This document shows, in pieces, positions 33,901 to 40,202 of a stretch of 40,202 nucleotides of DNA. The stretch covers positions 1-40,202 of the forward strand of contig NMRA01000900.1 in the NCBI GenBank assembly GCA_002633005.1. Direction: 5' to 3'. The stretch is from Phoronis australis (taxonomy: Eukaryota > Animalia > Phoronida). The position numbers and the translations under genes were made by a program. Below the pieces are notes generated by a model that was given only the letters and a program-made list of their open reading frames with translations, did no database searches and was not told the DNA's origin. Positions within the stretch are counted from its first letter, which is position 1, and each line of letters starts with the position of its first letter.

Positions 33901-36579
33901 CCACAGAACTTAACCTTTACGAAGTTAAATACGTGTACTATATTTATTGATGTATTTCATTTTTAAGGTTGCCCAAAAGGAAGAGAAGAAAAATACGCTT
34001 TGGGAAATAATCACAAGGTTACTTCCGGTAGTACATTGGATTTATTTTAAAATTCTTGGATAAAGGTGTTGAAATGTCTGCAAACAACGTACATGTCATA
34101 TATTCCGTTTCATTGCCCACGGATGGCTTAGTTTTCGTATTTGAAATAGTTAATAATCAAAGGCTACCGATGTTTCTCTTCATTTCACGTTACCCACTGT
34201 AGTACTCCCTGCCTTTCATATCAATCATGCAATAAAGCAATTAATTTCTGCTCGCTGTTCTGTCATCTACTTTATTAATACAAGCTACTGGACAGTTTTG
34301 TCCTAAAACACTGATAACAGCAGCTTCAAACTCTTAGCTGGGATGATCTAATCTCTGGTCCCAACGCTCTTGGGTTTGATATATAAAATAGAAATTATTG
34401 CAGTAGATCTGAACTTCATAGCCGATGTAGTAAAGCTTGACTACCTGTGATAGATGTGTCTGTTTATTATTCTTCAAGGCTTCACAGATGAAGAAACAGG
34501 ATGCAACAATGAGATGGGTTGTCGTCATGGGCAAATTTCTGGTAAAATCTAATCCAAAATCGTCACTATCTGTTACTTGCCAAATAGCAATGTAAATGAA
34601 ACATAGCTTTCCTTAGGATTAACTGCGATTCACTCGTAACACCTCGGCCACTGGAAGATCTTGTGCCAACAAATCACTGGCAAAACAATTTCCTTAGTCG
34701 TTCTTCAATAGTTTCTTGGACATGGTGCATTTAATATTGATATGGTGGATCTGTTATTAAATGACATATAAGGTACTATGAAATTGTCATTTAGTTTATT
34801 TAAACTCATTAGAAGCAAGAAACTCTCATGTACGAAGATAGATGATTCATATTTCGTGCAGTTTCATACACTGATCTATGTGACAACACCACCACACACG
34901 CTTCATTCAATTTCAAGAAATTACTCATTGTTTGCAATAAAGTTGGTATTTTTGAATACGCAAAATCGTAGTATACATTTAACCCTTAACGACAACTGCA
35001 ATATGCCCATTTTACGCAATCCCACAGAAATTAACGTTTACGAAGTTAAATACGTGTACTATCTTTATTGATGTATTTCATTTTAAAGGTTGCCCAAAAG
35101 GAAGAGAAGAAAAATTCGCTTTGGGAAATAATCACAAGGTTACTTCCGGTAGTACATTGGAATTATTTTAAAAGTCCTGCATAAAGGTGTTGTTAATTTC
35201 TGCAAACAACGTACACGTCGTATATTCCGTTTCATTGCCCACGGATGGCTTAGTTTTCTAATTTGTAATACTTAATAATCAAAGGCTAGAGATGTTTCTC
35301 TTTATATCACGTTACCCACTGTCGTATTCCCTGCTTTTCATATCAATCTTGCAATAAAGCAATTAATTTCTGCTCGCTGTTATGTCATCTACTTTATCAA
35401 TACAAACTGCTGGACAGTTTTGTCCTAAAAGACTGATTACATCATTTTCAAACTCTTAGCTGTTGTTATTTAATCTCTGGTCGAAACGCTGTTGAATTTG
35501 TTTCATAGTATAGAAATTATCTCGTAGATGGGAAGTTTACAGCCGACTTTTGAGCGTCATTGAAGTAAAGCTTGACTACCTGTGATATATGTGTATGTTT
35601 ATTATTCTTCAAGACTTCACAGAACAAGAAACAGGATGCAACAATGAGATGGATTGTCGTCATGAACAAATTTCTGGTAAAATCTAATCCAAAATTGTCA
35701 CTTTCTGTAACATGTCAAATACCATTGTTAGTGAACCATGATCGCTTTCCTTCCGATTAACTGGGATTGATTCGTAACACCTCGGCCACTGGAAGACCTT
35801 GTCCCAACAAATCACCGACGAAACAATTTCCTAGGTCGTTCTCTAATAGTTTCTTGGACATGGTGCATTTGTTATTGGTATGGTGGATCTGTTATTACAT
35901 GACTTTTAAGGTACTATAATATTGTGTTTCATTTAATTCAAACTCATCAGCTTAAGTGTCATGTACAAAGATATATGATCCATAATTCGTGTATTTTCAT
36001 ACATTTATCAAAGTGTCAACACCAGCAAACACGACTCATTCATGCAACTTCTGTAAATTTAATCACTATTCGCAATAACCGTCCAAGTCGTTTCCATGTA
36101 TGTATCATTTATTACATTGTCGTTGCTTTGAAGTCATCTTCGTGGTTAATCCAGGCTCATCAACACCAAAAACCTATTCGTTTTGTATTGCGTAGTCCAT
36201 ATTTTCGCCCCGATGTCCCTGCTTAAGCTCAAGTCGGTCATATCCCACGCGAAATCCTTAAAGGTTCCTTCACTTTACATCTTAACATCACGTGATTCTT
36301 TTTATTGTCATAGCGCAGTACTGTTCACGTGTTCTTATTGAAACTATGAAAGTTCAAAATTGTCTGCAACACCCATTTTATTATTTTGCTTTCAAAATTC
36401 CTGGTTTCCTTAGATATCACGGGATTACTTGAATGAGCCTTATCTGGGACAATCCTAGCAATGTTAATTATTCAAGATGAACTGCTTGAAATATATATAG
36501 TTTTAATTCTCTGTTCTAGGTTGATCAAAAGAAAGAGAAGGATAATTCTCTGTGGAAAATCATCACAGAACTGCTTCCG
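21877..36579 (+). CDS. Uncharacterised repeat-protein gene segment: 16 alternating 60/63-nt phase-0 micro-exons encoding 8 repeats of ~41 aa
   Basis: All exons are AG/GT bounded, multiples of 3 and open in phase 0. The phase-1 reading has stops in exons 22434, 30743 and 36520. No frameshifting indels in exons although the introns have indels; synonymous differences between copies. Confidence 0.88.
22434..22493 (+). CDS. Micro-exon 2 (A): ASQNTEGENWAWQTVSSILP
   Basis: TTACAG / GTAAAA, 60 nt, ends CTTCCG like the other A exons. Confidence 0.8.
22675..22717 (-). ncRNA. Second, degenerate hammerhead motif (inverted copy)
   Basis: The reverse complement reads CTGATGATGTCTAGTGAATAGACGAATTGTC; GAAAC is mutated to GAATT. 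Confidence 0.5.
24047..24091 (+). ncRNA. Penelope-type minimal hammerhead ribozyme motif
   Basis: CTGATGA-T-GTCTA-ATGAA-TAGAC-GAAAC-GTT: intact core, 5-bp stem II, palindromic AACGTT in place of stem III, imperfect stem I. Confidence 0.7.
25252..26421 (+). mobile_element. Helentron-associated non-autonomous element (HINE / DINE-1-like)
   Basis: 5' hairpin TACTCTGCGC..GCGCAGAGTA (25256-25281) and a (TTCTTA)n microsatellite at ~25308-25342. Internal AGGTCA-rich diverged repeats (~25449, ~25878, ~26232). 3' subterminal IR ACGCGTAGAGT (26374-26384), 3' stem-loop TTATTGTCACG-C-CGTGACAATAA (26388-26410), T-rich end. Confidence 0.85.
26683..26745 (+). CDS. Micro-exon 3 (B): DKQEKKKKSTMRWVVVMQSFL
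   Basis: TTTGTAG / GTAAAA, 63 nt. Confidence 0.85.
27470..28947 (-). mobile_element. ISL2EU-like (PIF/Harbinger-related) non-autonomous DNA transposon carrying a THAP remnant
   Basis: TIR AGCGGATTTGC(A/G)GCG at both ends with AT on both flanks (27468-69, 28948-49). THAP-coding sequence starts ~100 bp from the right end. No DDE or YqaJ domain remains. Confidence 0.72.
27670..28841 (-). pseudogene. THAP zinc-finger (transposase N-terminus) interrupted by a ~730-bp insertion
   Basis: 28841-28649 reads MSANKTYGGYTCCVPGCFKNNKRDKNRSFYVFPANQELREKWINNIRRAGSKERFSAFKPTRSH. It resumes at ~27914 as HRVCSEHFPGGK, then after a frameshift TYENNIPTQFP, with DHSY at 27675-27686. Confidence 0.88.
29519..29578 (+). 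CDS. Micro-exon 4 (A): IAETTNKKNSVWVNVRSLLP
   Basis: TTATAG / GTAAAA, 60 nt. Confidence 0.82.
30125..30187 (+). CDS. Micro-exon 5 (B): GGQKRKEDATMRWIVIMKKFL
   Basis: CTCAAG / GTAAAA, 63 nt. Confidence 0.85.
30743..30802 (+). CDS. Micro-exon 6 (A): VAHKEEKKKSIWEIITRLLP
   Basis: TTTTCAAG / GTAGTA, 60 nt. Confidence 0.85.
31219..31281 (+). CDS. Micro-exon 7 (B): ASQKKKQDATMRWIVVMNKFL
   Basis: CCCCAAG / GTAAAA, 63 nt. Confidence 0.85.
31686..31745 (+). CDS. Micro-exon 8 (A): VAQKEEKRNSLWEIITTLLP
   Basis: TTTTCAAG / GTAGTA, 60 nt. Confidence 0.85.
32209..32271 (+). CDS. Micro-exon 9 (B): ASQMKKQDATMRWIVVMNKFL
   Basis: TCTTCAAG / GTAAAA, 63 nt. Confidence 0.85.
32825..32884 (+). CDS. Micro-exon 10 (A): VAQKEEKKNSLWEIVTRLLP
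   Basis: TTTTCAAG / GTAGTA, 60 nt. Confidence 0.85.
33350..33412 (+). CDS. Micro-exon 11 (B): ASQKKKQDATMRWIVVMNKFL
   Basis: TCTTCAAG / GTAAAA, 63 nt. Confidence 0.85.
33968..34027 (+). CDS. Micro-exon 12 (A): VAQKEEKKNTLWEIITRLLP
   Basis: TTTTTAAG / GTAGTA, 60 nt. Confidence 0.85.
34479..34541 (+). CDS. Micro-exon 13 (B): ASQMKKQDATMRWVVVMGKFL
   Basis: TCTTCAAG / GTAAAA, 63 nt. Confidence 0.85.
35089..35148 (+). CDS. Micro-exon 14 (A): VAQKEEKKNSLWEIITRLLP
   Basis: TTTTAAAG / GTAGTA, 60 nt. Confidence 0.82.
35614..35676 (+). CDS. Micro-exon 15 (B): TSQNKKQDATMRWIVVMNKFL
   Basis: TCTTCAAG / GTAAAA, 63 nt. Confidence 0.85.
36520..36579 (+). CDS. Micro-exon 16 (A): VDQKKEKDNSLWKIITELLP
   Basis: TGTTCTAG / GTAGTA, 60 nt. 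Confidence 0.85.
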
Positions 36580-37179
36580 GTAGTACATTAAAATATAATT
36601 TCAAAAATCCTTGACAAAGATAGCGAGAAATCTCCGAACAATGTTGGTTATCCAAGTAAACTCTGTTAAAGTATCGTTTTCATGTACATGTAGGCAATCG
36701 AATGTGTAAAAATTTATTTACCTTAAAAACACGCTTAGTGTTAATAGAAGCGATCAAAACAATTACCCGAAGAAGTACCGAAAAGTGAAGTCTCCATTCA
36801 CTTAGGTCATTCTGCATATCAGTAACAATCGCGTATGGGTAGGTTCTCACTGATCACGTTTTCAGATGTGCGGTGCTTCAGCATCCGAAGACTCACTGCT
36901 TAATTACATTGTACATTGGTCTATATAGTGCCGCTTCCTGCGATCAATGACTTCCACACTCAATGGGAATGTCCTTGTGCACTGCGGAATAATGAAGTTG
37001 ACGGTGCTGAAAGCTAATAAACGTTCCAAAGAACGGCTCTTCGGCAGTACATGTATACGGCACTAACGCCCTCTCTAGGATATGATCTTTGAATCAATCC
37101 AATGGAACAAGGCCAATGCTTACTTTAAAAGGTGTTCTTCAGAATCTATCTACCTTACATGGAATGGGATCTGTTGCAA

Positions 37180-39090
37180 ATCTAAGCTCACATCTACTTA
37201 CTTCTGTCATTTCCGTGACAGAATGGACAAGCGTCGCGTCCAATTTTCACCCATTCTTACAACTTTAGATGGCGCAAGACCTACCGGAAACAAGGCGAAA
37301 CATTCTTGGAACATTTCGTATGACAAAGCAGTCCTGGCAAAAATGACCAGTAGAATCACCTAATCGTGCATTTGGAAGAACTATGCACGACACCAGAAAT
37401 CAGTTTTGTATTTATCACGTCTGCAACGCCGATAATTTGAGCAAGGAAGGTGCTCTAGGCCCTAACAAAGTCAACATTTCTGCCCTCAAAACACTAGCTG
37501 ATTCCGCAACTGCACAGTTGTTTACATCTTACTGTAGAAGCTGAGCTACTGGAGTTGCTCATCAAGTCTTTAAACATGCTTGTCTTAGACTAGAGCCGGA
37601 CCCGGTAAACATCATCCCTCCCTCATTGGATAATGCATATTTTTGATGAAAAATGTCGTTGACAAAATCCCCGGCAATAGAATTGCTCAGTAGACTGCAC
37701 ATTTTTTCTTCCCTTGGCTACCTTTCGGAATGGGGCAATACCTTCCTGGCACAAGAGCCTGGGCCAGTGCTGCTTCTAGGTTTGAAGAACTGTCAAGTGG
37801 ATTCGAAGACAAGGAACATACAATGTTTATTGCCCGGAACTTGGAAGACACCTAAAAAATCTGTTGGATGCAGTGTTGCACCTTAGAATCTCTGCTCTTT
37901 GATCCCACTGTGTCGTGGCTCTTGGTGTTCACAATCGGTGTCTATTACAACTGGTCTTCCGCAGGGGTCACCACTGTCACCCATCTACAAACTCCAACTC
38001 GCAAGCCTGAACCGTGCTGAATGTCGGCTAAGTACTTCGACGGAGGAAATATGGGTTACTGTTCCTTGGTAGAGTCTTCAGATTGCCATTGACAATACAC
38101 AGTTTGCCCTTGAGGAATCTAAGACTACTGCATAACCGAATACGAACGACAACGTTGAAAAGAATCGAACCTTTTTATGCACATTTGAAATTCGCCTTGG
38201 CGTTCAGAACGATGTGTCATCTATGTATGACGGCATGAACATCATTATATCCGATCTCCTTTGCCATTTGGGGATCCTGTTTGATCGTATACTCAAATTC
38301 CCAGCTCAGGTTAACAACGTGTTAACACGAGCCAATTTTTTCTTAAACGCTCTGACAGCTGCTGGTGTACATATGGCAGTAGAGCGGCAATTTGCATGTC
38401 TTACAAAACCTTGGTCCAGTTAATGTAAAAATATGCTCTACCCGAAGCAAGTCAATGGGTTTTACATACTATATTATATAGCACTGCGCGTCACCATAGG
38501 TTAAACCAAGACGTCTTCCACTGCGGGTCTGCAATATCTCAAGGTCAATCTTTGTGTGTTGGACCGAGAGGTTCATCAACCCGCAGTCACAGTAACACAG
38601 GGTATCCAAAACCACAATAACCCGCTGAACAATCAGCCGTCATAGTCTTTTGAGAGATCCATGGGCCCATTTGAACATCCACGACCGTGAAACTTCTCAC
38701 CAGCTACACGCATGGCGCGCTATCAGAGGTTACAGAAGGGTTCTTTCATCTTGTCGCCTAAATGCAACGCCCGTCGATGTGCTTGGGGATCACTCAATTG
38801 CTACAGCTGCAGGCTGGCTGTCTAATAATGGGGTCGGGGCTACGGCATCCGCCAAGGAAATGCCACTGTTGTGGTAAGATCTGGACGCCAGAGCGTATAC
38901 ATCAACAGCACTCGCGTGGACTTTGAGGCCGTATGAGGTAAGGCTATCGCCGCTGGATGTGAATCCGGGCATTCTAGTCTTAGCAACAGTTACTATGACG
39001 GTCCTGTCAAAATATCTTCTGGCCAAGCATCCAACGTGGGCGATGGCGTGGAGCTACATGTGTTTGCTTGGTCATGGCACATGGGACATC
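37180..39090 (+). mobile_element. Highly decayed non-LTR retrotransposon (APE-RT, possible RNase H; I/Ingi-group-like)
   Basis: SNFHPILTT (~37240), GALGPNKVNISALKTL (~37449), ITTGLPQGSPLSP (~37944-37982), HLGILFDRILKFPAQVNNVLTRA (~38265) and ALRVTIG*TKTS (~38481). Weak RNase H-like traces at ~38900-39080. Many stops and frameshifts. Confidence 0.85.
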
Positions 39091-40202
39091 TAACAATCTG
39101 CATGTTTGCGACAAACATATTTTGATTTGATACTGTTACACTGTCAACGTCAAACACAGGTAGTCTACCTAAGGCGACGAGGCCCGCATCCTGAACACTG
39201 GAATTGTATATGAGACGTTCGCCTCAAGTAGGTCCAGGGGCACAGAAAGGTGACTGAAAAACCAACAATTAACGGGCAACATCATTATTGGAAGGTTATG
39301 CCTCCTGCTGTCAAAATGGAAATGTTATCCGGCGATTAGTGTCGCTGCACATCGTGTTTGACCCTGTCTCCGACAGGCAAATTGCATATAAATTCTGCAT
39401 ACATGTGTCACCTCGTGATACTTGAGACGGAGGTGACGCTCGCAATGATAACTACACATAAAGTGGTGAGAAAGAATTTTTCTGCAAAACCGATCACTTA
39501 GTAATGACTCATGCACATATAACATACCTAACCGCTTGATTTAATCTTAGGTTCATGTAGAAGCTAAAAAAGCACGATTTGTTGACCAGACGGGGAAGAT
39601 TGTGGCCACCGATCCTATGATATGCACCTAGTTTTACGCTTGATTGAAAAAACGCCGCTCAAACGATGGCGGAATTTCCGACAAATATCAGGGCGGTTTC
39701 ATTAGTTCTTCACATCACATAACTGGTTTTATTATTTACGACTGTTTCAAACTGTGTCCGTTATACATGTAACTCCGAGGACTTCGGCATCTCCACATGC
39801 GAGGCTACTCTATTTTGTCGAGCTCATTACCAATCTGTCGATGTTGGAAATGTGGGAGGTTGCATTTGAGGATCGAATTTTTGTTTTGCTAAGAGTCGAT
39901 CTGTGAAAATTCCTGTTTCTTTTGAGATCTTGTTATATCATATTGTGGACAGTTAACTTACTGTAAAGGACTTGCTCCAGCTAGCCTATTGCGTCCAAAG
40001 TTACAGCGGTCATATGCCTCAGGGATTGGTGCGATTCTAAAGAAATTTGTTTGTAAATCAGCTGTAGGCTAGATAATGTATCTGACCGCAGTAGCGTATT
40101 AGTATTGTAAGTTCGCGCCGTGTATACCAGTCTAAAGACACGGTGTTAATAATAATGTTATATCTTCCCATATTTGACTGGTAAAGATAAGAAAAACCAA
40201 AT

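Larger units (their letters stand above)
30040..36620 (+). repeat. Tandem array of ~1.1-kb units (exon B-intron-exon A-intron), about 6 copies
   Basis: B-exon starts at 30125, 31219, 32209, 33350, 34479 and 35614 (spacings 1094, 990, 1141, 1129, 1135). Introns align by eye; ~140-150-bp deletion near 31450. Confidence 0.95.

Noticed and set aside
30125-36579. Regularly spaced conserved 60-mers read as CRISPR repeats, or as Cys-containing phase-1 exons (GFTEEETGCNNEMDCSHEQIS / GCPKGREEKFALG)
   Set aside because: The intervening sequences are homologous introns, not unique spacers. The phase-1 frame has stops in exons 22434, 30743 and 36520.
26683-36579. Assignment as a HEAT/ARM repeat (LLP-x7-D..MR, ~41-aa period)
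   Set aside because: The resemblance is superficial: the positions after LLP are charged rather than hydrophobic. Not supportable without profile or structure searches.

Overview
AT-rich animal (invertebrate-like) genomic DNA with spliceosomal introns and many decayed transposons. I see no prokaryotic operons, CRISPR array or rRNA/tRNA genes, and most supplied ORFs are spurious. The main signal is a + strand host gene that the ORF track misses. It has 16 strictly alternating, phase-0 micro-exons of 60/63 nt (21877-36579), each encoding a Lys/Arg/Glu-rich stretch followed by an amphipathic, usually Trp-anchored segment (e.g. ASQKKKQDATMRWIVVMNKFL / VAQKEEKKNSLWEIITRLLP). The exon pair and its introns are amplified as a ~1.1-kb tandem array (~30.0-36.6 kb). 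A 96-nt phase-0 exon (6595-6690) and a signal-peptide-like first exon (1832-1987) may belong to the same gene. The presumed introns and flanks contain: a near-complete but dead two-gene PIF/Harbinger element (8689-13911); an EnSpm/CACTA-like element with a DUF4806-like remnant (14170-19491); a THAP12-like pseudogene; a Penelope-like remnant with a GIY-YIG fragment and inverted hammerhead-bearing repeats; a Helentron-type HINE; an ISL2EU-like element whose THAP domain is split by an insertion; several MITEs; two tandem repeats; and a decayed non-LTR retrotransposon (37.2-39.1 kb). All family assignments come from manual motif recognition, not database searches.
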